64,000 nt of DNA from an uncultured Acidimicrobiales bacterium (GCA_943788915.1 CALSSD010000005.1:496001-560000); one strand, 5' to 3'; shown: positions 1 through 10,145, counted from the first letter of the stretch. Numbers and translations: made by a program. Notes: a model not told the origin generated them from the letters alone.

Positions 1-597
1 AGCCGGAACGCCGTTTTTGAACGCGCTACGAGCGGTGAGCGGGTCGATCTCGACGAGATGCGATGGATGCACCCTTCGAGCGGTCTACCTCCCCCGGACC
101 TGCTGCCTCCGCCCAAGACGGACTTGGGCGCAATCCTGTTCGACAGCCCCGCGGTGGACGACATCGTCGAGGGCCTTCCGAGCGACGTGCGTCGACAGGT
201 ACTCGAGCGGGCTCAGGCCGAACTTGAGGCCGATGTCCGCCGGGCCGCGCTCGAGCGGGCACAGGTTGCCGCTGGCGAACTGGATCCTCGCGTCGCAGAC
301 CCCGCGGAGGTGCTCCGCTCTGACCAGCAGGTTTTCCAGGTGCTCGATGCCCTACCCAGGGAGATGCGTGCCGACGTCGAGAGCCAACTCGTTGCGACCA
401 TCGAAGAGCAGCGGCTCAACGACGCTGTCGACGCAGCCCAGCACGCAATCGAGTTGGATAGGGCCGAGGCAGCCGCCCGGGATGCTGCAGCTGCCGGCGA
501 TCTGCACAGGATGCAACCGATCCTGCACGGCCTGGACCCCGCCGACGCCGAGGCGGTCGGCGACGCCGTGCGAGCGGACATTCCAGCACGCCCCTGA
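1..597 (+). CDS. Hypothetical alpha-helical protein, 5'-truncated by the window edge
   Basis: Frame 1 is open from base 1 (SRNAVFERATSGERVDLDEMRW...) to TGA at 595-597. Ala/Asp/Glu-rich, with three loosely similar helical units (VEGLPSDVRRQV / LDALPREMRADV / LHGLDPADAEAV). Confidence 0.6.
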   Translation, partial: SRNAVFERATSGERVDLDEMRWMHPSSGLPPPDLLPPPKTDLGAILFDSPAVDDIVEGLPSDVRRQVLERAQAELEADVRRAALERAQVAAGELDPRVADPAEVLRSDQQVFQVLDALPREMRADVESQLVATIEEQRLNDAVDAAQHAIELDRAEAAARDAAAAGDLHRMQPILHGLDPADAEAVGDAVRADIPARP

Positions 598-714
598 CTG
601 CCGTCGTGTAGTTGAGCTAGGTCCACGAGATCCTGCTGCGGAATATCGCCACTCACTCCGGCGTCACGACAGAGCAACGACCTGCGGTCCATCAGCTCTG
701 CTTCCACACGGTGT

Positions 715-2685
715 TTACGTATCGGCTGATTCGCTCCGCTCAAAGATCAGCAAGAGCTGGCCGGTTTCGACATGTCCGCCAACTTCCACACGCACTTCGG
801 CAACAACGCCGTCGGCAGGTGCGTTCATATGGTGTTCCATCTTCATCGCTTCGAGGACGACCAGTGTCTCCCCTGCTACCACGGTGTCGCCGGGCTGCAC
901 CCGAACGTCGAGCACCGTGCCAGGCATGGGGGCGACGAAACCTCCGGCCGGGCCACTTGAACTCGGCGGAACAAACCGTGGAATGAGCTCGAACGACTCG
1001 GTCCCGCTCTGTGCTTGGACATGAAGCATCTCACCACTTCTTGTGACGGCAGAGGTGGAACGCACACCGCTGATTTCGATATCAATACCCGTCTCGGACC
1101 AGTCGTGGACGAGACAACGTTGCCGGTCGTCGTCGGTGGCACGGATGGAGAACGAACCGTCACGCTGCACCCGATAACTAACCTCGATGGCCTCGCCGCT
1201 ACCGCGATGCTTAAGCACCACCCGTTCATCGGGCATCAACGTATTACGCCACCCCGATGGCAACGAACCAACGTTGCGGTCGCTGTTTTGTGTGACGGCA
1301 TGGTTCCTACCTTGGATCCACAACGCCCCAATCGTGGCCGCCCGTACGACACCTGGCCCGCAGTGCGGTGGTTCGCCTGGACCGACTCGTTCGATGAAAT
1401 CCGTGGTCGTGTCACCGGACAGGAAGGCTGGATTGCGCAAGGTCGCCGACAAGAAATCACGATTCGTTACGACACCACCCATATGCAAACGTTCGAGCGC
1501 CAGAGCCAGCCGGCCGGCCGCTTCAGTTCGAGTTGGCCCGTACGCGATCACCTTGGCCAGCATGGGATCGAAGTCCACACCCACGACGGATCCCTGCTCG
1601 ATACCCGAGTCCCATCGCACTACTGGGTCGGCGGCCGGAGCGAACGCTTCGACCGTGCCGATCGCAGGCAAGAAGCCGTTGTCGGGGTCCTCGGCGTACA
1701 GCCGGGCCTCTATGGCATGACCGGTAAACGACACGTCGTCCTGCGCGTAACCCAACGGCTCGCCACCAGCGATACGGAGTTGCTCGCGCACCAGGTCGAT
1801 GCCGGTCACTTCTTCGGTGACCGGGTGCTCGACCTGCAGTCGGGTGTTGACTTCAAGGAAGAAGAACTCGCGACTCTCGTCGTCGACCAAGAACTCGACA
1901 GTTCCGGCCGATTGATATCCCATTGCTCGGCCAAGTGCGAGCGCGGCGTCGCCCATGGCAGCGCGCATATCGGCATCGACAACTGGCGACGGGGACTCTT
2001 CGATGATCTTCTGATGGCGACGCTGGATCGAGCAGTCGCGCTCACCTAGATGCACCAACCCGCCATGGCTGTCCCCCAGGATCTGGATCTCGACATGGCG
2101 CGACGTAGCCACGTATCGCTCAAGGAAGACAGTGTCGTCGCCGAAACCGTTGAGTGCTTCGCGTTGCGCAGCAGCAACCGAGTCGACGAGCGCCTCGGCG
2201 GACTCAACCACACGCATGCCCTTGCCGCCGCCACCAGCCGAGGCCTTAACCAGTAGCGGGTAACCGATAGCCGAGTCGGCGGTGGGGTCGTCGGATGACG
2301 GCAGGATGGGCACACCCGCTTCTACCGCTGCCCGTTTGGCCGCGAGCTTGTCGCCCATGGTGGCTATCACCTGAGGCTGGGGGCCGACCCAGATCAGACC
2401 GGCGTCGATCACCGCTTGAGCAAATGCGGCATTCTCTGACAAGAAGCCATACCCAGGATGAATGGCCTCGGTTCCCGTGGCCTTGGCCGCAGCGATGATT
2501 GCTTCACCGTCGAGGTAACCGCCATCAGCAAGTCGAACAGCCACGTCGGCCTCGACCACGAACGGAGCGTTGGCATCGGCTTCGACAAACACCGCGGTGG
2601 TAGTGATGCCCATGTCGCGTGCCGTGCGGAAGATGCGACGGGCAATCTCGCCCCGGTTCGCAACCAGAAGTGACCGGATACTCAT
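715..2685 (-). CDS. Acyl-CoA carboxylase alpha subunit (biotin carboxylase + biotin carrier), AccA2/AtuF/LiuD-like
   Basis: LLVANRGEIA, HPGYGFLSEN, GGGGKGMR, RDCSIQRRHQK, EVNTRLQVEHPVTE and C-terminal biotinylation motif EAMKM. Start overlaps the beta-subunit stop. Confidence 0.95.
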   Translation of the reverse strand: MSIRSLLVANRGEIARRIFRTARDMGITTTAVFVEADANAPFVVEADVAVRLADGGYLDGEAIIAAAKATGTEAIHPGYGFLSENAAFAQAVIDAGLIWVGPQPQVIATMGDKLAAKRAAVEAGVPILPSSDDPTADSAIGYPLLVKASAGGGGKGMRVVESAEALVDSVAAAQREALNGFGDDTVFLERYVATSRHVEIQILGDSHGGLVHLGERDCSIQRRHQKIIEESPSPVVDADMRAAMGDAALALGRAMGYQSAGTVEFLVDDESREFFFLEVNTRLQVEHPVTEEVTGIDLVREQLRIAGGEPLGYAQDDVSFTGHAIEARLYAEDPDNGFLPAIGTVEAFAPAADPVVRWDSGIEQGSVVGVDFDPMLAKVIAYGPTRTEAAGRLALALERLHMGGVVTNRDFLSATLRNPAFLSGDTTTDFIERVGPGEPPHCGPGVVRAATIGALWIQGRNHAVTQNSDRNVGSLPSGWRNTLMPDERVVLKHRGSGEAIEVSYRVQRDGSFSIRATDDDRQRCLVHDWSETGIDIEISGVRSTSAVTRSGEMLHVQAQSGTESFELIPRFVPPSSSGPAGGFVAPMPGTVLDVRVQPGDTVVAGETLVVLEAMKMEHHMNAPADGVVAEVRVEVGGHVETGQLLLIFERSESADT

Positions 2686-4370
2686 AGTCGGAACACTCCG
2701 TAACCCTCGGCGCCCTTGATTTCACGGTTGCGCACTGTCGACAAGCACATACCCAACACGTTTCGTGTGTCTCGGGGGTCGATGATCCCGTCGTCAGAAA
2801 TTGCGCCGCTGGCTTGCAGCGCAAGCGATCCTGCCTCCTGGGTACGTTCGGCGTAGTCGACGATGCGAGCATCTTCTTCTTCGTCGATTTCGATGCCCTT
2901 ACGAGCGGCTTGTCCCCGGCGCACGATCGACATGACACCGGCGATCTGTTTGGGACCCATGACCGCAATCTTGGCGGTGGGCCACAGGAACGTGAACCGA
3001 TTGCCAAACGCTCGGCCCGACATGCCGTAGTTTCCGGCGCCGTACGACGAGCCGAGTATCACTGTCAGATGAGGCACCGTCGAGCTGGATACGGCGTTCA
3101 CCATCTGCGAACCCTTCTTGATAATGCCGTCCTGTTCGAAGTCCTTGCCGACCATGAAACCGGTGATGTTTTGCAGGAAGATCAACGGCGTGTCGACCTG
3201 GTTGCACAACTGGATGAAGTGTGCGCCCTTCTGGGCCGAGTCGGGATACAACACACCGTTGTTGCCCAGGATCCCCACGGGATAACCATGCAGCGACGCC
3301 CAGCCGCACACCAGCGACGACCCGAAACGGGGCTTGAACTCCTCGAAACGGGAACCATCAACAACCCGAGCGATTACATCACGCACGTCGACCGGGGACC
3401 GGAGATCGCGGCTCACGAGACCCAGGAGCTCCTCAGGATCGTGTTTCGGTTCATCCGGTTCAAACAGCGGGCCTGAATCCGGCTTGCGCCAGTTGAGATG
3501 ACTTACGACCTCGCGGCACATACGTAAGGCGTCCATCTCGTCCTCGGCGAAATAGTCGCCAAGCCCCGAAACCTCAGAATGCATCTGGGCGCCGCCGAGC
3601 GTTTCGTCATCGGAGTCTTCGCCAATAGCCATCTTCACCAGCGGAGGCCCAGCCAGGAACACCTTGGACTGTTCCTTGATCAGGATGTTGTAATCAGACA
3701 GGCCCGGTTGATAGGCGCCACCAGCGGTCGAGTTTCCGAACACGACCGCGATCGTGGGGATGCCGAGCTTTGACAGCTCGATCAGCTCATAAAAGAACCG
3801 CCCTGTTTGTGCGAAGTGATCGATGGCGCTGCCACCGGGCACCCGGGGTGGGGGTTTTGATTCTTCGGACTCGTCGTCGGGGTCCATGCGCAGGTCACCG
3901 CCGGCGGATTCGACAAAGCTGACGTAGGGCATGCGATTGTCGCGAGCAATCTCGATCGCTCGCAGCCACTTCTTGCCGGCATACACCGTGAGCGCCCCGG
4001 CCAGCACCGTGGGATCGTTGCCCATGATCACGCACTCGGTGCCGGCAATGATGCCGATACCGACGACCATGCCGCCGCCGACCTGATACTCCGATCCATA
4101 CCCAGCGAGTGGGCTGATCTCGAGGAACGGCGTGTCGGGATCGAGCACGTTGGTGATGCGCTCCCGGATGGGCATCTTTCCCCGCGACCTCAGGCGTTCC
4201 GTGGCTCGCTCGCCACCCCCTGCATACGCCTCGGCGAGCAGGTCGTCCACAACATCGAGCTGTTCGATCATGTCGTGGCGGTTCTTCACGAACATCTCGC
4301 TGCCGCTGTCAAGGTGTGAATCAATCGGCGGCGCCAACAGTGTGGGTCGTGTCGTCGGGGTTGTGTGCAT
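2682..4370 (-). CDS. Acyl-CoA carboxylase beta subunit (carboxyltransferase), AccD2/AtuC/LiuB-like
   Basis: RGKMPIRERI, STAGGAY, FLAGPPLVK, LGGAQMH, QNITGFMVG, SYGAGNYGM, DDGIIDPRDTR and C-terminal YGVFRL. Confidence 0.95.
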   Translation of the reverse strand: MHTTPTTRPTLLAPPIDSHLDSGSEMFVKNRHDMIEQLDVVDDLLAEAYAGGGERATERLRSRGKMPIRERITNVLDPDTPFLEISPLAGYGSEYQVGGGMVVGIGIIAGTECVIMGNDPTVLAGALTVYAGKKWLRAIEIARDNRMPYVSFVESAGGDLRMDPDDESEESKPPPRVPGGSAIDHFAQTGRFFYELIELSKLGIPTIAVVFGNSTAGGAYQPGLSDYNILIKEQSKVFLAGPPLVKMAIGEDSDDETLGGAQMHSEVSGLGDYFAEDEMDALRMCREVVSHLNWRKPDSGPLFEPDEPKHDPEELLGLVSRDLRSPVDVRDVIARVVDGSRFEEFKPRFGSSLVCGWASLHGYPVGILGNNGVLYPDSAQKGAHFIQLCNQVDTPLIFLQNITGFMVGKDFEQDGIIKKGSQMVNAVSSSTVPHLTVILGSSYGAGNYGMSGRAFGNRFTFLWPTAKIAVMGPKQIAGVMSIVRRGQAARKGIEIDEEEDARIVDYAERTQEAGSLALQASGAISDDGIIDPRDTRNVLGMCLSTVRNREIKGAEGYGVFRL

Positions 4371-4549
4371 GGGCCCTCGTGGGATCTGTGGGAGCGGCGC
4401 CTATCAAGTCGCGCCCGCTGGTGACTTCAACGAAGCTAGACGTTTCGCCCAGCTACAGAACAACGGAACCGGTGTGGACGCCCGCTACGACGGTGCCCTC
4501 ATGCTTCTCGCTGCTCACCCAGGGTTGCCCCCGGCGTCCTCGATCAGGA

Positions 4550-5380
4550 TTAGGCCTTGGTCAGCGACCGGTTGTCGTTCATGGCGTCGAGTTGTTTCTG
4601 GATCGCTTTGGTCCAATGCGGATGGGTCAAGATCCAGAACTCGTTGCCCTTGATCGCATCGAGCACCATCGCTCCGACGTCGTCTGGATCCATTCCGCTT
4701 TCGAGGATGTCTTGGATACCGCGTGCGACCTTGCCCGCTGTCTTGCCGTCGGTCTTCGGTTTGGCCTGACCGGGCCTGAACTGCACCGAGTGACGACTGA
4801 TATTCGTATTGATCGGTCCTGGACACAACACCGAAGCGGTCACGTTGCTGCCTCGGCCCCGGAGTTCGCGCTCAAGCGTGGCCATGAGTGCAACGACGCC
4901 ATGTTTCGCGACGTTGTACGCACCCATCATGCTGCCAGCAGTTAGGCCGGCCATGGACGATGTGGCATTGATATGGCCCTCGCCTTGTTCCTCGATCAGT
5001 GGCAGAAACACTTCGACGCCATAGATCGGACCCCACAGATCAACGTCGATGATCCATTTCCAGTCAGCGAGTTTCATCTTCTTCGTCGATGTCGGGATGC
5101 CGATACCAGCGTTGTTGCACAGAATATTGACGCCGCCGTAGGAGTCGACGGCCAGGTCGGCAAGCGCTTCGACCTGGTCGTACTGCGAAACATCACATAG
5201 TCGGGTTACAACATCGGCCCCTCCGGTCTGGAGCTCGCTCGCAACCGTGTCAAGAGCGACCTCATCGAGGTCAGCCAACACGAGCTTCATGCCCGCACCT
5301 GCGAATGCGCGGGCCATCCCCAGCCCGATGCCGCTGGCTCCACCAGTTATGACTGCAACCTTGCCGTCGAAATCCTTCAT
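4550..5380 (-). CDS. Short-chain dehydrogenase/reductase
   Basis: TGGASGIG, NNAG and YNVAK motifs. Start placed at MKDFDGK (5380; GTG at 5383 also possible). Confidence 0.92.
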   Translation of the reverse strand: MKDFDGKVAVITGGASGIGLGMARAFAGAGMKLVLADLDEVALDTVASELQTGGADVVTRLCDVSQYDQVEALADLAVDSYGGVNILCNNAGIGIPTSTKKMKLADWKWIIDVDLWGPIYGVEVFLPLIEEQGEGHINATSSMAGLTAGSMMGAYNVAKHGVVALMATLERELRGRGSNVTASVLCPGPINTNISRHSVQFRPGQAKPKTDGKTAGKVARGIQDILESGMDPDDVGAMVLDAIKGNEFWILTHPHWTKAIQKQLDAMNDNRSLTKA

Positions 5381-5440
5381 CACGTGTGCCGTTTCCCCTC
5401 GTGGCTGTTCACCGCCGACTGTAGAGGTCGGCACTGTGAC

Positions 5441-5481
5441 GAAGAAAGCGTGGCCGAAGAAAGCGTGGCCGAAGAAGCGTG
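5441..5481. repeat. 15-bp tandem repeat GAAGAAAGCGTGGCC (about 2.7 copies)
   Basis: Read directly in the intergenic gap between the LLM gene and the SDR gene. Confidence 0.9.
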
Positions 5482-5523
5482 ATGGATCGTGGCAGGTGAT
5501 CTGCCGGCAGAGACTCCGGCCTG

Positions 5524-6399
5524 CTACGCGAGATCGGTCACCATGTCGGCCAGTTCATCGAGGTGGCGGAGCGTCGCGTCCGCGTCGTGTAGCTCCATGG
5601 TTTTGGGCATGAAGACGACCCGATCCGCACCAAGTTCTCCGTACCGTTCGATCCGGTCCCGACGGTTACTCATGGAGAAGATCGAGATGGGAATGTCTTC
5701 GGCCGGACGACCCGCTTCGGCAGCCTTGCTACGAAACAGATCGATCGCGCCAGCGGGATCGGGCCGGCCGCCGATGTTGAGCATCGATGCATCGATTGGA
5801 CACCATTCGTCGGCATACCGGGCGGCATGTTCGATGCCGAGCGGCCCCGCGTTACCGAGTGCGACCGGCACGGTTCCATCGATCGGTTTGGGATATACCC
5901 AGGATGCGCTGAAGTTGTCCCAGCGCCCTTCGAAGGATGCTTCGTCGTCCTTCCATGCCGTGCGAAGTGCAGCGACCCGCTCTTCCATTGCCGAGTAACG
6001 AAGCTTGAACGGCAGGTCGGGTCGGTGGTTGGCAAGCTCTTCTTCGTTCCACCCGACACCGACCCCAAGTCGGAGTCGGCCACCGGAGAGTGCGTCGAGT
6101 GTGGCCGTGGTGCAGGCAAGGTCGAGCACATCGTGCTCAAGGAGAAGACAGATCCCAGTACACAGCTCAAGGGTCGACGTAACTTGGGCCGCCATCGCCA
6201 GGCTGACGAACGGATCCATCATCCGCCAGTAGCCCTCGGGCAGGTCGCCACCCGCTGGATACGGCGTCTTTCTGGACACCGGCACGTGACTGTGCTCGGG
6301 GACCCACAACGAGTCAAACCCTCGTTGCTCCAGCTCGGACGCAAGCACATCGGGCCGGATCCCTTCGATGGCATTCACTGTCAGATATCCAAAACGCAT
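5524..6399 (-). CDS. LLM-class, probably F420-dependent oxidoreductase
   Basis: GFDSLWVPEHSH, DPFVSLA, ATLDALSGGRLRLGVGVGWNEEE, YPKP. Confidence 0.9.
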   Translation of the reverse strand: MRFGYLTVNAIEGIRPDVLASELEQRGFDSLWVPEHSHVPVSRKTPYPAGGDLPEGYWRMMDPFVSLAMAAQVTSTLELCTGICLLLEHDVLDLACTTATLDALSGGRLRLGVGVGWNEEELANHRPDLPFKLRYSAMEERVAALRTAWKDDEASFEGRWDNFSASWVYPKPIDGTVPVALGNAGPLGIEHAARYADEWCPIDASMLNIGGRPDPAGAIDLFRSKAAEAGRPAEDIPISIFSMSNRRDRIERYGELGADRVVFMPKTMELHDADATLRHLDELADMVTDLA

Positions 6400-6449
6400 T
6401 GAAGGTCCCCTTGTCTTGTTCGGTTGTGGCTTCGGCCGCTCGCCGTTGC

Positions 6450-8123
6450 CTAGAGCTGGCCGCCGCGGATCAGGCGTCCGGGCATGGCGCCAGTGTGTTC
6501 GCCGTCGCGGTAGGTCACTTCGCCGTTCTTGATGGTGGCGATATAACCGTTGGCTCGCTGCACGATGCGCCTTCCACCTGCGGGGAGGTCATAGGCCATC
6601 TCGGGATCTTCCAAGGCCAGTTGGTCAAAGTCGATGATGTTGAGGTCAGCCAGGTAACCGGGAGCGATCACCCCTCGATCGGGCATGCCATAGACGAGGG
6701 CGGTGTCCTGGGTCATCTTGTGCACCACAAATTCCAGCGACATCGTGGGCCCCTTCACTCGGTCCCTGGCCATGTACGCCAGCATGTAGGTCGGCACGCT
6801 TGCATCGCATAGAACGCCGCAGTGGGCGCCGCCATCGGACAGACCAAACACCGAGAACTCGTTCTCGATCGCCTTGCGCTGATCTTCGAGATCACCCTGG
6901 TAGTTCCCGAACAAATACAGCAGCGGCCGGCCGTCGGCCATGGCATCCATCAGCGCTTCGCGGACGTCGCAGCCCTTCGCCTCGGCATGGCCAGCAACCG
7001 AGTCGGTGTAGTCGGGTTCGTAGCTCAGGTCCTGCGGAAGCACGAACATCTTGTCCCACGTGCTGATCATGCGGTTGGTGTCGCGGAACCGCGACACCTT
7101 GGGTTCGTCAGCCATGACCCGAGCTCGGAACTCAGGGGTGCGTAGAACCGCACGTTGTTCGTCGAACGGCAACAACTTGATGTCGTCGTAGGACGGGAAC
7201 TGACGCATCGGGTTAATCGTTCCCTCGAGTGTCATCAGCAGCGATGCCGGTCGAGCGCCGACCTGAGGGCGGATCTGGTGACCCTCGGGGTTCAGTCGAG
7301 CGGCAAGATCCCAGATACCGGCGTTTACCTCGGGCGTGACCAGGAAGGTCATTGGTCGTTTCGTCTTGCGAGCGATCTTCTCGACCCAGAAAAGCTCGTC
7401 CTCGGTGTCGAGGTGATCAGAGATGATTTCCATCGTTCCGTGATCAACCTCGGCAAAGGCATCACCGATCGCCAACATTTCGTCGGCAGTGGCGTTCGTA
7501 CCGGGAACAAGATTGCCGTCTTTGTCCATGTGGCCATAAAAACGCGAGGTGGAGAACCCCATGGCACCGGCAACGAGTGCGTCCTTGGTGATGTCGGCCA
7601 TCTTGACCATGTCGTCGGCGGTGGCGTCGTCGTAACACCGCTCGCCCATCACGTAGTGACGCACGGCCACGTGGGGAACCTGGGTTCCGATATCGACCGA
7701 GTACGGCGTGTCGATCGCATCGAGATACTCACCGAAGCTCTCCCAACCCCACGGGATGCCCTCGTGGAGAGCCGTGCCGGGAATGTCCTCGACGCTCTCC
7801 ATCAGCTCGACGAGTTCGGTCTCTTTGCCGGGTCGAACCGGTGCGAAACCAACACCACAGTTACCCATCACCACCGTGGTCACGCCATGCCAGCTACTTG
7901 GAGTCACTTCTTTGTCCCAGCACACCTGACCGTCGTAGTGGGTGTGAATGTCAACGAAACCTGGCGTAACCAGGTGACCTTGTGCATCGATCTCTTCGAC
8001 AGCTGGTCCATCGATCAAACCGACAGCGGTGATCAGGCCATCGGTGATGGCGATATCGCCGGTGAACGCGTCGGCGCCGGTGCCATCGACGATTCGGGCA
8101 TTGCGGATAATCAGATCATGCAT
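6450..8123 (-). CDS. N-acyl-D-amino-acid deacylase family amidohydrolase
   Basis: PGFVDIHTHYD metal motif, GVTTVVMGNCG, SDGGAH, DRGVIAPGYLADL. Confidence 0.92.
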   Translation of the reverse strand: MHDLIIRNARIVDGTGADAFTGDIAITDGLITAVGLIDGPAVEEIDAQGHLVTPGFVDIHTHYDGQVCWDKEVTPSSWHGVTTVVMGNCGVGFAPVRPGKETELVELMESVEDIPGTALHEGIPWGWESFGEYLDAIDTPYSVDIGTQVPHVAVRHYVMGERCYDDATADDMVKMADITKDALVAGAMGFSTSRFYGHMDKDGNLVPGTNATADEMLAIGDAFAEVDHGTMEIISDHLDTEDELFWVEKIARKTKRPMTFLVTPEVNAGIWDLAARLNPEGHQIRPQVGARPASLLMTLEGTINPMRQFPSYDDIKLLPFDEQRAVLRTPEFRARVMADEPKVSRFRDTNRMISTWDKMFVLPQDLSYEPDYTDSVAGHAEAKGCDVREALMDAMADGRPLLYLFGNYQGDLEDQRKAIENEFSVFGLSDGGAHCGVLCDASVPTYMLAYMARDRVKGPTMSLEFVVHKMTQDTALVYGMPDRGVIAPGYLADLNIIDFDQLALEDPEMAYDLPAGGRRIVQRANGYIATIKNGEVTYRDGEHTGAMPGRLIRGGQL

Positions 8124-8443
8124 GAGGTTCCCCTTACTCGTATTCTCAACCTAGCGAACGAGCGCTCCAGGATTTGTTTTCTGGAATCCGCTGGCCACTC
8201 TGAGTTACGTTCGAGCAGCACGAGAAAGCCTTGATCAGCACCAGTCCTCTGGGCGGTAGATCGACGGGATCGATGATGCCTCTGGTAGTGGCCAGTCACA
8301 CTGGTTTGTTATGCAGCCTTCACAACAAGTGATCTGGCCTGCCAGCCACATACTCCGACGCTGCCATGCTGAAGGCATCCCGCCCTGATGGGCTCACTCT
8401 CGATCCCGTGTGCACGGCGATCCGCTGCGACCGTCAGCACTGA

Positions 8444-8494
8444 GCGTTTCTGAACCAATCGGACGACTGTTCCGCTCAATGGATTCAGAAACGC
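8444..8494. repeat. Intergenic inverted repeat (REP-like hairpin)
   Basis: GCGTTTCTGAA ... TTCAGAAACGC, perfect 11-bp arms. Confidence 0.7.
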
Positions 8495-8602
8495 AGGTAC
8501 GCAGGTGTTCATCGGTGAGGTCGGTAGCAACTGAAATATCGCGGCGCCCCCTTGAGTACGCCATCATGGGTCGAAAGCCATACCCGAATCGGGTAGACCA
8601 CC

Positions 8603-9112
8603 ATGACGACAGAAGACAACGGCGCAATTGACTACATGCTGCGAACCACGCAGCAACATCATGTGCAGCTCAGCTTGATGGCGGACCAGAAGGCGAACAT
8701 CATGATCGCCTCGACCAGCATCTTGTTGACGTTCTCGTTCGCGAACTTCAAGCAACAGAATCTGTTCTGGGGATTCCTTGCGCTGTTCATCTTCTCGTTC
8801 GGCGCACTGATACTTGCGATCCTGGCGGTGATGCCTCGGTTACATCACCATCAGAGTGGCTCGATGAATCCGCTGTTCTTCGGCGACTTCAAACATCTTG
8901 GGCTTGAAGAATACCAAGACGTCATGCACGAGGTGATGCTCTCGGATCGGGCAACATACAACGCACTGATTGCCGACATTCACGCACTCGGCACAACGCT
9001 AAGCGACCGGAAGTATCGATTCCTGGGTATGAGTTATCGGACCTTCCTGGCGGGCATCACCACCGCCGGATCGCTCTTCGTGCTGCAAACCGTTCTGTTC
9101 TACTTCACCTGA
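8603..9112 (+). CDS. Pycsar effector family (PycTM/DUF5706) membrane protein
   Basis: ADQKA motif before TM1, two TM helices ending in PR, NPLFFGDF cytosolic motif, then KYRFL..SY..F before a third TM helix. Confidence 0.8.
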   Translation: MTTEDNGAIDYMLRTTQQHHVQLSLMADQKANIMIASTSILLTFSFANFKQQNLFWGFLALFIFSFGALILAILAVMPRLHHHQSGSMNPLFFGDFKHLGLEEYQDVMHEVMLSDRATYNALIADIHALGTTLSDRKYRFLGMSYRTFLAGITTAGSLFVLQTVLFYFT

Positions 9113-9144
9113 TGATGTCCTCTGCCGCCGGATACCGGGGACTC

Positions 9145-10082
9145 ATGCGAAGGGCCGCGCACGCCCTTGCAGTCGCGTGTCTGCTTGCGGCCTGTGGCAC
9201 TGCGGGTTCTGCGGACAACGTCGCCGAAAGTCCCGAAGGGTTCCGGGTTGTCTTAGGCGGATCGAGTGGACCGTCGAACGCCACGTTGTGGGACGACGGC
9301 CGTCCCACAACTATGGCAACAGCTCCCTGACTGGTCTGTTCATCGAAGACGACGTGGTCTACGCCGCAGGCCGGACCGGCCTGCTGAATCGGGCTGTTGT
9401 GTGGACCGATCACAAGTCGGAACGTGTCGCTGGCTCGGGTGCAACCGTGCTCGGGTTGTGGGTCGACGACGGCCGGCCTCACCTGGTCGGGACATCCGGT
9501 TTCACCGATCGAGGCACGATCTGGGTCGGCGACGAACGAAACACGTTCGGCGAAGCCAACGCCAATGCCACCAACGTCACCGTTGATGGCGACGACGTCT
9601 ACGCAGCCGGCACCATCGGCAATGCTGTCGAGTTCGCAGGTCTGTGGAAGAACGGCGTCTGGGCGGCACTCGATCAGTCCGAGGCCAAGGTCAACGACTT
9701 ATTCGTATCCGATGGCAAGGTCTACATGGTCGGTGGTTACGGCCTCGCCGAGCGCGCTGGCCTGTGGGTTGATGGCGAACTGACTCCTATCGACAACGTC
9801 GGTGTCGTAGTCAATCATCTCTTCGTCGAAGATGGCGTCGTCTACTTCGCCGGCTGGTCGGGCTCACAAAGTGTCGCCGCATATTGGGTTGATGGCGAGC
9901 GCGTCGACCTCGAGGAGAACGCGTTGATCACCTATCTGTTCGTGCGCGATGGGACCGTCTTTGTTTCAGGGTCCTACGGTCTGCGCGGCCAGGCCGCCTA
10001 CTGGGTGAACGGCGAGCGCGTAGACGTCGACGACCCGAACGCCGAGGTCCATCTCATCTTCGTGACCGCCGACCCAGCCTGA
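9145..10082 (+). pseudogene. Beta-propeller lipoprotein split by a 1-bp frameshift near 9305-9312
   Basis: The signal peptide and lipobox (LLAAC) lie in ORF 9112-9330, and six ~40-aa W-x-[DN]-G repeats lie in ORF 9177-10082. Adding one A at CCCACAACTAT joins them. Confidence 0.75.
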
Positions 10083-10145
10083 ACAATCGCTGGGTCCTTT
10101 GCCGAGGCGTGCCGCTCAAGCCGCTCGATCAGATCCGACGCGGTG

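Noticed and set aside
1015..8234. Long antisense ORFs (1015-2049, 2814-3476, 7155-8234; likewise 31259-32386, 43014-44093, 45424-46599, 56703-57800)
   Set aside because: They are shadow ORFs opposite well-supported genes, expected in high-GC DNA, and carry no recognisable motifs.
8230..8440. Possible HNH or cyclase remnant upstream of the Pycsar-type gene (GLLCSLHNK*)
   Set aside because: Too short to support; no other motif found by eye. blastx would be needed.
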